A stretch of DNA of 64,000 nucleotides from an uncultured Nitrososphaerota archaeon (GCA_963701075.1 OY969559.1:192001-256000), one strand, 5' to 3'. Counted from the first letter of the stretch, positions 41,920 to 51,278 are shown. A program made the numbers and translations. Notes: a model not told the origin generated them from the sequence alone.

Positions 41920-42490
41920 TGGCCAGAAAATCCACAATGTCGTTCTCCCTGGCCAGCTTATCCAAGTAAGCGTTATCAATAGAATCTGAGAATATTTTCA
42001 GCAATGCAACACTTTCTTCCATATCCCGTTGAGTATTGCTCTTCCAGAACTTGGCAGAATACAGCCTGTTCTGTATTAGATCTTCTGGTGCTGCCACCCT
42101 AAGCTCGTAACCCTTCACCTTGAATTTCCTCAGCTTGGTAAGATCACCACTGTAGACTGCAGGTATGACTTGAATGACAATGTTTAGGTCACTATTGAAC
42201 CACAACATATTTCCTTTTTTTCCAAACTCAAATTTATTGAGCAATTTTTCAGTCATTGCCTTATTGTCTACTAACAAGTCAATGTCTGAGGTAGCAAATG
42301 TTCCTGCAGTATAGAGATCTATTGCTTCCCCACCTACTAGAATTGCACTGGCTGCAATTTCTTTTAGTTTTGTAGTAAGAAATCCTAGGAAGAGGATCCT
42401 CCGTTTAAATGGATCTCTTTCGTCTTTTAGCTCCTTGTATTGTGTAGATGTCCTAAATCGAGAGCGTTTTTGAGCTACCACGTTTATCAC
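41891..42490 (-). CDS. Pol-beta-superfamily nucleotidyltransferase (AbiEii/DUF6036-like)
   Basis: LVGGEAI..Y..G..ATSDIDL; PEDLI..RL. Confidence 0.8.
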   Translation of the reverse strand: MINVVAQKRSRFRTSTQYKELKDERDPFKRRILFLGFLTTKLKEIAASAILVGGEAIDLYTAGTFATSDIDLLVDNKAMTEKLLNKFEFGKKGNMLWFNSDLNIVIQVIPAVYSGDLTKLRKFKVKGYELRVAAPEDLIQNRLYSAKFWKSNTQRDMEESVALLKIFSDSIDNAYLDKLARENDIVDFLAKARKYALQV

Positions 42491-43038
42491 TATGTCTTTA
42501 GAATAAAGGTACCATCTTGCAGTTCAAATAGTTCACTGAAGGCTATTTCTGCTGATCTAACAAGTACGGCAAGCTCCCCTTGCACCCTTTTGGACATTAT
42601 CTTGTCAATATTTTGCTTCTCATCTACATTTCTAAATTTTGATCTATCTAATTGATCAAGTTTAACAATTTTTTCCATTCGCTCAGCTTGCATCTCAGTA
42701 GACATCCACTTTTCCAAATCAACTGGCCTGGATCTCTCTTGTTTTAATGACCGCAAAAAGTTAGATGCCGCTCTTCCTGCCACATTTGAAAGTTTATAGA
42801 ATGTTTGGTTACGTTCCTTTATTTGAGATTCAACAATTCTAAACTCTAATAGTTCTGTTAAACAGCGATATGTTGCGGCTGGGTCTAGTCCTTTAATCAT
42901 GGCAATCTGATAGGCCGTAATAGGCTGCTTTGCATCTGCTAGTGCATCTATTGTCAAAAATCTAGTCCTTCCCCCAAGTAAGATTTCGGCTTTCATTTGT
43001 GTACCTAAGACTAACATCTCTCCAGATCTATATAACAC
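42490..43038 (-). CDS. Winged-HTH protein, putative antitoxin of the NTase
   Basis: ITAYQIA...GLDPAATYRCL..L; stop overlaps the NTase start. Confidence 0.7.
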   Translation of the reverse strand: MLYRSGEMLVLGTQMKAEILLGGRTRFLTIDALADAKQPITAYQIAMIKGLDPAATYRCLTELLEFRIVESQIKERNQTFYKLSNVAGRAASNFLRSLKQERSRPVDLEKWMSTEMQAERMEKIVKLDQLDRSKFRNVDEKQNIDKIMSKRVQGELAVLVRSAEIAFSELFELQDGTFILKT

Positions 43039-43195
43039 CTTAGATTTTAAATCTATGATACTTCAAACATTCTGGTGATTCTAAGTTATAGTGAGATGTA
43101 GATATCATAATTACGTGCTCAAGAAGAACAGTCTTTTCTAGTAATATTGAAAAAGTAACACAATGTGTCTGACAGTACCCAAGAGAGTCTAGAAT

Positions 43196-44128
43196 TTGGT
43201 CCTAAATCTTAACGTAAACCATACCATTTTGTGTGCCGTAATAATTGTGGTTTTTTATACAATATTTATCCTGTTTTCAGACGCTGAAAAATTTTCTTCC
43301 CAATTAATCAAGATTGATGTATTGTTTGTGCCGTTGATTATTGCAGTACATGTTATTTCCTTGCTTGTTTGCAGTGTGCGACAAAAAGTGCTGCTTGACT
43401 CATTAGACATCAAATTATCTCTAAGACAAAATATTTTATTTCAATTTGCAGGCTATTCCATGTCAATTACCCCAGGCGGCATAGGCGAGCTGATAAAGTC
43501 CCATTTCTTGAAAAAAATCCATTCAAAAGACTATACAAAAACAATTCCTGTTGTTTTTGCAGAAAAGTACTACAACATGCTGGCCTCTGCCCTTGTAATT
43601 ACGGTTATGCTGTTTTTTAGGAATAATTTTGAGATAGAGATAACCGTATCAGTCATCTGGATTTTATTAATAGCGGCGCTTGTCATCATAAGAAACAAAA
43701 AGGTCTTTCCCATGCGCAAAATTCCCCAAGTGTGGGTTTTAAAGAACATACTAGAGAGTGTCTCAAGTTTTTCCAATACATTAGTTTCCCTGTCAGAAAA
43801 AAAGATCTTCATAAAGTGTTTTTTCTTGGGAACGGTTGCAGTCTTTGCAGATGCAGTTGCAATCTACCTTTGTTTTTTGGCTTTTAATATCAATTTTAGT
43901 TTCATAGATTCCACCTTATTTGTCATTACTTCATTAACGGTAGGCGCAATATCTTTTCTGCCTGGCGGGGTAGGGGTAACAGAGCTTAGCATGACAGGGT
44001 TGTTGGTTAAATCAGGCATTATTGTTTCTGCTGCATTGGCTCTTACAATATTCATTAGATTTATGATCACATGGTCAACTGTTGTAATTGGCTTTATTAC
44101 GCTTAGATTTGCAATGAAAAGTAAATAG
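43196..44128 (+). CDS. Lysylphosphatidylglycerol-synthase TM / flippase-like membrane protein
   Basis: ITPGGIGEL.K; LPGGVGVTE; IFIRF. Confidence 0.85.
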   Translation: MVLNLNVNHTILCAVIIVVFYTIFILFSDAEKFSSQLIKIDVLFVPLIIAVHVISLLVCSVRQKVLLDSLDIKLSLRQNILFQFAGYSMSITPGGIGELIKSHFLKKIHSKDYTKTIPVVFAEKYYNMLASALVITVMLFFRNNFEIEITVSVIWILLIAALVIIRNKKVFPMRKIPQVWVLKNILESVSSFSNTLVSLSEKKIFIKCFFLGTVAVFADAVAIYLCFLAFNINFSFIDSTLFVITSLTVGAISFLPGGVGVTELSMTGLLVKSGIIVSAALALTIFIRFMITWSTVVIGFITLRFAMKSK

Positions 44129-44152
44129 TCATCCAGTTGTGATTTCTAAGAC

Positions 44153-44365
44153 TCAATTTAGAACTTCGATGATCAGTTTTTCGTCGTTTTTAGAATCTTC
44201 TTCTAAAGACTCTAGAACAAGTTCTATGGCTTCAGTCATATTCTTCTTTAATTCTTCGATTGTTTCACCTTCACTTATGGCCCCTGGCAACTCAAGACAT
44301 TGTCCAGTATAGCCTCCTTCAGGAGCCTTTTGAAGTCGTATGGTAAACTTGTGTTTTTCTGTCAT
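44153..44365 (-). CDS. hicB: HicB-family antitoxin (orphan)
   Basis: EGGY...C.ELPGAISEGETIEE...N..EAI. Confidence 0.88.
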   Translation of the reverse strand: MTEKHKFTIRLQKAPEGGYTGQCLELPGAISEGETIEELKKNMTEAIELVLESLEEDSKNDEKLIIEVLN

Positions 44366-44507
44366 GGTATAGATTATGATTCTGTCATATTTCTAGTTGC
44401 CTCAAAGGTTCTGTCAAATTCCCGTACTCTAGCAGATATTAAAATCGGTTCAAGTCAAACAAGCAAGCTTGGGGCTAACACTAGATCAGTATTATCAATT
44501 TTTCAGC

Positions 44508-44702
44508 CTATGCCTGAGATACCAATTCTTTTGGGTTCTTGTTGAACTTTGAAACAATGTACTGTACTTTGTCATCGCCTTCTGGCAGAGGATTTGCGCA
44601 CCTACCGCATTTTGGAAGGGTTACTATTGCATCGTAATCAATCTCACCAATGAACCTGTCACACTGGGAGCAGCGGACCGATTTTTTGTCATATATGTTC
44701 AT
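44508..44702 (-). CDS. Small zinc-ribbon protein
   Basis: CSQC...CGRC. Confidence 0.65.
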   Translation of the reverse strand: MNIYDKKSVRCSQCDRFIGEIDYDAIVTLPKCGRCANPLPEGDDKVQYIVSKFNKNPKELVSQA

Positions 44703-44876
44703 GGCGTACTATAATACGTCATCTCCCCTAATAAGGCAGATCACCATTATCACGTACGGGACTGCCAAGTTACCTTCTGGAAATAATCAGATTCTGTCCA
44801 AATGATAAATCTGAATCAACAGCAGGATCCAGTTTGAAGAATATGATGGCAGGTTCTTGAAATTATATGGCTGGTA

Positions 44877-44901
44877 GGTTCGTCAACTTGGTGGCTCATC
44901 C
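44877..44901 (+). mobile_element. Solo end of the TnpB-element family
   Basis: ggttc-gtcaacttggtggctcatcc versus ggttctgtcaacttgatggctcatcc at 51783. Confidence 0.7.
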
Positions 44902-45105
44902 AAAGGACTTTTTGCCGTTTTACAACCACCAGATCATATTTCCAAATCAAGACTGGATCTATTTCGAGATAGCAGCAATAGTAGGATTTGTAACCATTTT
45001 AACAACAAGAAAGTCACAGAGGATTCAGGCAAGTGCCTAAAGGATTGACTATTGGTGCTGTTACCTGTGTACTACGTTAAAATATCTGCAAGTCCATTAG
45101 ATAGC

Positions 45106-45273
45106 ATGCAAAAGGCAGAGAAGAAAAGACCTGTAATTGATGCAAATGGTTACGATCTTTCAAAAAAGGTTATGAAAGTGACTGAAGAAAAAACATTTCT
45201 TGAGGAAATAAAACAAATTATGGCTGAAAATCCAAGATTATACAACGCTTTAGCAGAAGATAAGTTTGATTAA
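45106..45273 (+). CDS. Small putative Doc antitoxin
   Basis: C-terminal helix IKQIMAENPRLYNALAED; converges on the Fic/Doc gene. Confidence 0.45.
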   Translation: MQKAEKKRPVIDANGYDLSKKVMKVTEEKTFLEEIKQIMAENPRLYNALAEDKFD

Positions 45274-45686
45274 ACTGCAAATACTTTTCTTCTAAGATAA
45301 TCCTCAACCTCTGGAATTATTGTGTCATCTCCTTCTGATTTCAACATAGTTTTTTCCAAGAGGTAGAACATCTCCTTTTCTTCTTCCCTAGTCTTTAGCG
45401 ATAGCGTAAATCCATTCTTACGAAGAAAATGAATTGTAATTGCTAATGCTGTTCGTTTGTTTCCATTGGAAAATGGCTGTTGCCATACTATCCCGCCAAG
45501 TATATGTGCTGCTTTTTTTATTATGCGTTCTCTTTTGTCTTTTATATCATTAAATGAATTAACTTGGTTGAAAACGGCAAAAAGTCTTTCTGTAACGCAT
45601 CCAAATGGTTCATTTCTATGTGTGCAAATGTGCTTGTCAACACGAATTACATTATTTATCATATTGTCGGAAAAAATCTCATTCAT
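45270..45686 (-). CDS. Fic/Doc-family toxin-like protein
   Basis: KAA.I...I..QQPFSNGNKRTA, with Gln in place of the motif His. Confidence 0.85.
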   Translation of the reverse strand: MNEIFSDNMINNVIRVDKHICTHRNEPFGCVTERLFAVFNQVNSFNDIKDKRERIIKKAAHILGGIVWQQPFSNGNKRTALAITIHFLRKNGFTLSLKTREEEKEMFYLLEKTMLKSEGDDTIIPEVEDYLRRKVFAV

Positions 45687-45782
45687 TGCGTATTTACATA
45701 TGCAAGTACAATTTCAATTGTTCTACCCGAATAGATCAATGGTCCCAAATACTTTAGTGTTGGAAGTATATCAGTTAGCATA

Positions 45783-46007
45783 ATGAAGGTTGAAGATCTC
45801 TTCAAAGACTATACTGAGTTTGACTCTAGAAGTCAGCTTTTACGTAAACTAGAAGGAAGTATGAAAGCAGCTGTACTCAATACAATAATTGCTCGCCTAG
45901 TATTGGAGAACAAGATAGTTGTAAATGATGATCATTCCTTAACATGGATTGATACGGAAGGAAACGGAAAACTAAACAAGCACTTTGACACGGCTATTCC
46001 TCTCTAA
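45783..46007 (+). CDS. Small wHTH-like protein (paralog of 48131-48424)
   Basis: VE......S.SQL.R.L......L..ENKI......L.WI shared pattern. Confidence 0.65.
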   Translation: MKVEDLFKDYTEFDSRSQLLRKLEGSMKAAVLNTIIARLVLENKIVVNDDHSLTWIDTEGNGKLNKHFDTAIPL

Positions 46008-46153
46008 GGATACACAGGTTGTCTGGAGACAAATCCATGACTGATAGTACCTAAATTTTGCTCTGGCATATAGACGCAAATCAAAATAACTAGAGGGTGC
46101 TAAAGGCGGACATCAGATGATAAAAAAGAAGACCCCTCCCAAAAGGCCGAGAA

Positions 46154-46510
46154 ATGCAAAAAGTACAGGTACAAACAATGCTAAAGGTACTGCAGCTGAG
46201 AAAAAAGGGCACAAGAAAAAGCCAACATATGGACCCTGACAGGCTTGCGCTCTCAAAAAATGACATTTTAGAGTTCTGCGACAGGGTGCTAAAAAAATGG
46301 CAGCAGGATCCGGCACAAAACTCTAGAAACATTCCGGCAATGTTTGCAGTAAGAGCCGGCGTACTCTTCTCCGACGAGGTATCGCTTAGTGCAATCTGGT
46401 CTGAGATAATATCATGGGTGTATCAATTGTTATATGAAAATGCACAGGCACAGGCAAGACACGAGAACCAAGAGTGGGCCAAAGTGTTCTCCAAGATAAA
46501 AAGCGATTAG
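46154..46510 (+). CDS. Hypothetical protein; its 3' end is repeated twice downstream
   Basis: Open 118-aa frame ending ARHENQEWAKVFSKIK. Confidence 0.6.
   Translation: MQKVQVQTMLKVLQLRKKGTRKSQHMDPDRLALSKNDILEFCDRVLKKWQQDPAQNSRNIPAMFAVRAGVLFSDEVSLSAIWSEIISWVYQLLYENAQAQARHENQEWAKVFSKIKSD
46454..46499 (+). repeat. 46-bp direct repeat, copy 1 (inside gene 46154)
   Basis: gcaagacacgagaaccaagagtgggccaaagtgttctccaagataa. Confidence 0.92.
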
Positions 46511-46541
46511 ATGCCAACACCGCCTATATGAAGAATCAATA

Positions 46542-46958
46542 TTACTTTAAAATTTCAGCTTTTATCTTTGTCAGCAGATCCTCAGCAAATTGCAGATTCT
46601 TTCTCAGATCAGCTTCCTTGAACTCCATTCCTTGCAAATATCCAGCCAAATGAAGTTCAGATGCCATATCCAGATATTTTCCATTTGTACGTTTGTCTAT
46701 TAGTCCTCTTTGCAGCAAATTATCACGTATGAGAAATTGTAGTGCCAACCTGCCTGTGAATTTTGGTGAGCCAGGATATTCTATCTTTTTTATACCATGG
46801 TGATAAAGCAATCCTTCAAGTGCTGTTTCTACTGCTCGAAATATCTCCTCTGCAGCAGGAAAAAGCCGCTTATTTTGAAAATTGTTCTGTGCAGACTGCA
46901 GATATTCTTCTGCTTTCTTCATACTCCATCTAACTAAATCTTCTCGGCTTTTCACCAT
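46542..46958 (-). CDS. HEPN-domain protein
   Basis: KAEEYLQSA...F..A....F.A.E.AL..LL helical pattern; follows the MNT gene. Confidence 0.75.
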   Translation of the reverse strand: MVKSREDLVRWSMKKAEEYLQSAQNNFQNKRLFPAAEEIFRAVETALEGLLYHHGIKKIEYPGSPKFTGRLALQFLIRDNLLQRGLIDKRTNGKYLDMASELHLAGYLQGMEFKEADLRKNLQFAEDLLTKIKAEILK

Positions 46959-47550
46959 ACAAAACCTCTCCATTTGCATGAATCCCTATTATCAAGGGAT
47001 CGTTTTCTAATCTCTGCAAGTATTCCTTGACAGACATGACTATTGGATAAATCACAATACCATAATCTATGCTTATTTTCATGTTGACAAAGTCAAGAAG
47101 ATCTTTTTTTATTACTTCATTTCTGTTCTGTGAAAGTACAAGTATGTCTATATCGCTTGGTTCCCTTACAATGTCGCTTCTTATCCTACCTTTTGCAAGA
47201 CTACCAAATAGTATAACCGCTTTTATCCTGTAATTTTTTACTGTATGTCTGACCACCTTGCGTGCTATCTCCATGTAGACGTCTTGCAGGTCTATGAACA
47301 GGGTCTTCAGAGATTTGTAGAGAAAATGATTGCGGTTTATCTGATACATCTTGGCCTTGCCAACCCTTTCCATCGTAACTAACCCAGAATTGACGAGATC
47401 TCCCATCTGCCTATTTATCTCCGAGACAGAAGAGCCTGCATCTTTAGCCAACTCTATCTCGAGAATTTTCCTGTCTGGCTTTTCGATTAATACCGATAAA
47501 GCATTAACCTTTGTTTTGCTGCCTAATATTCTATCCAAATACATTGTCAT
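46930..47550 (-). CDS. wHTH-fused minimal nucleotidyltransferase (MNT) antitoxin
   Basis: N-terminal wHTH; ILFGSLAKG...SDIDILV. Confidence 0.88.
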   Translation of the reverse strand: MTMYLDRILGSKTKVNALSVLIEKPDRKILEIELAKDAGSSVSEINRQMGDLVNSGLVTMERVGKAKMYQINRNHFLYKSLKTLFIDLQDVYMEIARKVVRHTVKNYRIKAVILFGSLAKGRIRSDIVREPSDIDILVLSQNRNEVIKKDLLDFVNMKISIDYGIVIYPIVMSVKEYLQRLENDPLIIGIHANGEVLYGEKPRRFS

Positions 47551-47562
47551 ACACTTCTTTTG

Positions 47563-47593
47563 GTTTTCCGAAATATATTTCTGTTTTCCGAAA
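47563..47593. promoter_or_regulatory. Candidate operator upstream of MNT-HEPN
   Basis: gttttccgaaa occurs twice, 20 bp apart. Confidence 0.45.
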
Positions 47594-47656
47594 ATAAATA
47601 CTTTCTGCATCTAGACTCTACATAAAATGATTTATCATACGAGAACGCAGGCACAA

Positions 47657-47702
47657 GCAAGACACGAGAACCAAGAGTGAGCCAAAGTATTTTCCAAGAT
47701 AA
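47657..47702 (+). repeat. 46-bp direct repeat, copy 2
   Basis: 3 mismatches to copy 1; weaker similarity extends on both sides. Confidence 0.9.
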
Positions 47703-47799
47703 AAAATGATAAAACCTAGATTAATTTTATCGATCATTAACCAAACTGATCCTTCTATTGTTCAGCTAGTCGTATCTTGTTGATATAAGCAGGTTTTAC

Positions 47800-48129
47800 G
47801 TGCCAATGAAGAAGAGGGCAAGTGACGTAATTGGCAGTATTGAGTTTAGAAGATTCTATGACAGTATTGCTCAAGATGATCCCAAAAAGAAGGAATTTCT
47901 TGATGCATTCAAAATTCTAAAAGAAGACTGTTTGCGAGGCAATAAGATACCACATGATCGTTGGCCTCTTACATATGCCAGAAAATATGGAATCAAGAAC
48001 CTCTGGAGATATCCCCTACGATCAGGCTGGAGAATTGTGTACACGATATCAAGCCAAAAAAGGGGTTTTGTTGTTTGTATTCTTGAGGTCTTTTCACACC
48101 AAGAATATGAGAAAAGATTTGGCTACTAG
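47800..48129 (+). CDS. RelE/ParE-superfamily toxin-like protein
   Basis: NLWRY.L..GWRIVYTI; H..YE..FGY tail. Confidence 0.7.
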   Translation: MPMKKRASDVIGSIEFRRFYDSIAQDDPKKKEFLDAFKILKEDCLRGNKIPHDRWPLTYARKYGIKNLWRYPLRSGWRIVYTISSQKRGFVVCILEVFSHQEYEKRFGY

Positions 48130-48130
48130 T

Positions 48131-48424
48131 TTACAGTAATGATTTGGAAGTTTTCAGGAGTTTTTTTAGTTTAATGTTGTCTGCAAATATCCAGACTATG
48201 GCCCTGTCCTTGTCGTACATTATTTTGTTTGATTCCTCCAGATAATCAAGAACTGCCTTGAATGTTGGGTATTGCACCTGCCTTGGCAGTGCTCTCCAGA
48301 GACTGTTCTTGGAAGGATATTGCGAGATTTTAGAAAGCATTTGTTCCACCATCTTGATAGTATCAAGCGTAGGGTTGGATGCATTTGCTTTGAGTTTTTT
48401 ATTTTTTAATATTACTTTACTCAT
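48131..48424 (-). CDS. Small wHTH-like putative antitoxin
   Basis: PTLDTIKMVE...SKNSLWRALP.QVQYPT...LDYLEESNKI; converges on the RelE-like gene. Confidence 0.7.
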   Translation of the reverse strand: MSKVILKNKKLKANASNPTLDTIKMVEQMLSKISQYPSKNSLWRALPRQVQYPTFKAVLDYLEESNKIMYDKDRAIVWIFADNIKLKKLLKTSKSLL

Positions 48425-48569
48425 CTGGTTTATAATGCGCTTCCATGTATATATGTAATACTATAATACGTATACGTATAGTACATCTAAATTATACATG
48501 ATAGAAGGTGTGATGTCTTGTCTTGATAAAAGACAACATGAAAAATGGCTGCTTTTTGGCAGATCGAAA

Positions 48570-48614
48570 GCAAGACAGAGAACCAAGAGTGGGCCAAAGT
48601 GTTCTCCAAGATAA
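48570..48614 (+). repeat. 46-bp direct repeat, copy 3
   Basis: Identical to copy 1 except for a 1-nt deletion. Confidence 0.92.
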
Positions 48615-48662
48615 GAAACGAGAGATAACCGCATTGAAAGTTCTGCAGGTTTTCAGATTACA

Positions 48663-49073
48663 TCAATTTACAGTCGATTCCAGTATCTTGAGCATCTCAT
48701 CTGCTGTGACAATCTTTGTGCCCTTAAATTTCCCAATGTCAAGCAAATGTCTGTCGCCTGAAACGATATAGTCTGCATGAACTGCAAGCGCAGTGGCAAG
48801 AATCACGTCATCGTCAGGGTCTTCGAGCACCACTTTTATGCCAGAACTTGGGCGTACAAATCTTACCGTATTGTTGAACGCTTTGAGAAAATCTACAATA
48901 TCCCCTTCCCTTACATAATGTTCAAACTTTTTTCTGGCTATAACGCCAAGAAAATCAGAGCGAATCTTTCTTGATGAGACCAGGACAAACTCTTTCTCTA
49001 TTGATTTGAACCACAGTTTTCTTGGTTTGCCTCTTGTGATTAAAGCAGAAATCAGAATATTGGTGTCAGACAC
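48663..49073 (-). CDS. PIN-domain toxin (PIN_3-type)
   Basis: DTNILISAL; DPDDD..L..A....ADYIVSGDRHLL. Confidence 0.92.
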   Translation of the reverse strand: MSDTNILISALITRGKPRKLWFKSIEKEFVLVSSRKIRSDFLGVIARKKFEHYVREGDIVDFLKAFNNTVRFVRPSSGIKVVLEDPDDDVILATALAVHADYIVSGDRHLLDIGKFKGTKIVTADEMLKILESTVN

Positions 49074-49093
49074 AACATATGTACCCAGATCTC

Positions 49094-49390
49094 TTAGCGC
49101 TTCCTCTTCTCTGTCCTATATTCTTCTATCTCGCGCTGGATCTCATCTTCTGACAGTTCGCCGTATTTTTCTATTCTGGAATCAATCCTCTTGTACAGTT
49201 CCTTCAAATCCTTCATCACGTCTGGGATCTCCATCTTCTTCATTATGACTGAATCCTTGTATCCGTATACGAGTAGTTTTGTCTTTGGCCCAAGCCCGAG
49301 CTTCTTTCTGAGCGCTTGTGGTATGACAACCTGTCCCTTCCCGCTCACTATTGTAATATCCCCTTCCTCGTAAGTTATAGCATTCTTCAT
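49094..49390 (-). CDS. AbrB/MazE/SpoVT antitoxin
   Basis: VSGKGQVVIPQALRKKLGL. Confidence 0.92.
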   Translation of the reverse strand: MKNAITYEEGDITIVSGKGQVVIPQALRKKLGLGPKTKLLVYGYKDSVIMKKMEIPDVMKDLKELYKRIDSRIEKYGELSEDEIQREIEEYRTEKRKR

Positions 49391-49491
49391 AGCATATTCT
49401 TACTTTCTTACCATAAATAATTGACGGTATCCCTACTGGTCCTGACTGGTTTCAAACAAGTTTTAAACCCAGTCACTTTAAGTGAAAATGT

Positions 49492-50787
49492 TTGGCAGAC
49501 AAGAAGAAAAAGGCGCCAGAGCCAAAAAAGCAAGAGTCAAAACCCAATGTTGGCAGGTCAATCAAGCCACATCTTCTTTCCTGGGCAGTCTTTGTACCAA
49601 CTGTTGTCATAGTTTTTATCAGCTTGATACCGGTGGTCTTTCCCGCACTGATAGCAAGGACAACAAGCCAGTTTCAGGCAGCAGTCTTTAACCCAAATGT
49701 AATCAATCCGTTCCAGCCAGGAGTGCTTGCAGTGCCGCTGATTATAGTAAATATAATCATACTTGCAGTAGGCATTGCATATTACAAGAGGTCAAAGTGC
49801 AAGACATATTTTAAAAAAATTGCAAACTTTGAGGTATCACAGAAACAGGCATTAATTGGCGTAATTATCATACTTGCAGTCTTTGCAGCACTGACTGTAG
49901 GAACGTTATCAACTGAAGAGACATGGGGAGATTATAAATCTGTCAAAGAGAGAGTCCAGGGATGGGACATATCGCAGTTTGGCAAAAGCTTTGAGCCGCA
50001 TTTTAGATATCTTTTACTTTCTACCTCACTGCATGTATTTGGTAACATCAGAGTACTTCCATTTATCGTAAGCATAGCCCTGCTTGTTCAGACATACTTT
50101 TTTACAAAAAAGATCACAGGAAAAAGATTTGCAGGAATTGTCTCCATGGCATTGGTGCTTCAAAGCGATATCTTTGTAACATACAGTACCACAGCAAGCT
50201 ATGAGAATTCCTGGATACTGCTATATCTTTTCTCGCTGTATATGGTTTTAAAGTTCTGGCCGCCATCTCCGATACCATATATTCTCTCAATATTTTCAAA
50301 GCCCCTCACGCTTGCATTTCTCCCAATGAGCCTTTATTTTATCGCAAGATCTTCGCTTCCAAAAAAGTCCAAGATTTACTCTCTTGGTACATATGGTGTT
50401 ATCATAATCATAATTGCAGCAGCTACTGCTACATCATACAAGACAGACTTTACCGCGGGCGGCGCCATATCACTTGATGCCTCCCAATTCTGGCAGGGCT
50501 TTGCAGCAATGGCAATACAGATGAGGTTTGACTATATTGTGATACTATTTCTTTTACCATTAACGGTAATGCTCTTTTTTGCATCAAGAAGGGGAATACA
50601 GCATGCAGATTCTATTATGATATTTATGCTTGTCATACTATTGATATCTCCTTTCCTGACAGGGTTTACACGTCAGACAAATGAGCCCTACAGGTTCGTC
50701 TCGCTTTCAGTGTTTTTTGCAATAGGTGTTGGAGTACTGTTGTCTGACAAAGCTAGGAAACAGAACGAATTATTGTCCAGTACGTAG
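49492..50787 (+). CDS. Polytopic membrane protein (GT-C-like?)
   Basis: Many hydrophobic helices; late EPYRF loop. Confidence 0.6.
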   Translation: MADKKKKAPEPKKQESKPNVGRSIKPHLLSWAVFVPTVVIVFISLIPVVFPALIARTTSQFQAAVFNPNVINPFQPGVLAVPLIIVNIIILAVGIAYYKRSKCKTYFKKIANFEVSQKQALIGVIIILAVFAALTVGTLSTEETWGDYKSVKERVQGWDISQFGKSFEPHFRYLLLSTSLHVFGNIRVLPFIVSIALLVQTYFFTKKITGKRFAGIVSMALVLQSDIFVTYSTTASYENSWILLYLFSLYMVLKFWPPSPIPYILSIFSKPLTLAFLPMSLYFIARSSLPKKSKIYSLGTYGVIIIIIAAATATSYKTDFTAGGAISLDASQFWQGFAAMAIQMRFDYIVILFLLPLTVMLFFASRRGIQHADSIMIFMLVILLISPFLTGFTRQTNEPYRFVSLSVFFAIGVGVLLSDKARKQNELLSST

Positions 50788-51202
50788 TTACCTTGTCTCC
50801 TGGTGCTACAGGATATCCGTCATGGTATGCAGCTGCCAGACCTATTTTTCCGCTTGGCGTACTTGCAGATATTATGTTCAGCGTCACTATGGTCGGAGAC
50901 GTGTGTACTGTAGTATCGTTTACTTGGAGGATCTCAAGGTTTTGCCCTCCAGCATTTATTAGATTTCTCTTGAACATGCCTATGTTTTCGTTTATCTGTT
51001 CGTTGAGCTGATCCGGATAATATATGGTAACACGCGGTGTCTCAATATATGCAACCAAGTTTCCTGACGAGTCCTGTACCTCTATCTGTGCATAAATTCC
51101 AAGTACCGATTGCTTCGAAGGACCTGTAGTCTGCGCAAAGGAATTTCCAGTTGACAGTACCAGAACAGAGCCTATCACCAGAACAAGCAGCAGTACGCGC
51201 AT
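50753..51202 (-). CDS. Secreted hypothetical protein
   Basis: Signal peptide MRVLLLVLVIGSVLVLSTGNSFAQ. Confidence 0.65.
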   Translation of the reverse strand: MRVLLLVLVIGSVLVLSTGNSFAQTTGPSKQSVLGIYAQIEVQDSSGNLVAYIETPRVTIYYPDQLNEQINENIGMFKRNLINAGGQNLEILQVNDTTVHTSPTIVTLNIISASTPSGKIGLAAAYHDGYPVAPGDKVTTYWTIIRSVS

Positions 51203-51278
51203 AGTTTTTTTGGAATTGTTTTGGACTAATAAGCTTCTCGAAGAATATGGCAAATATTGTCTTTTCAATGTAGTGAAA

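Noticed and set aside
46454-48614. Three 46-bp repeats as a CRISPR array
   Set aside because: Spacing is ~0.9-1.2 kb with genes between, and there are no cas genes
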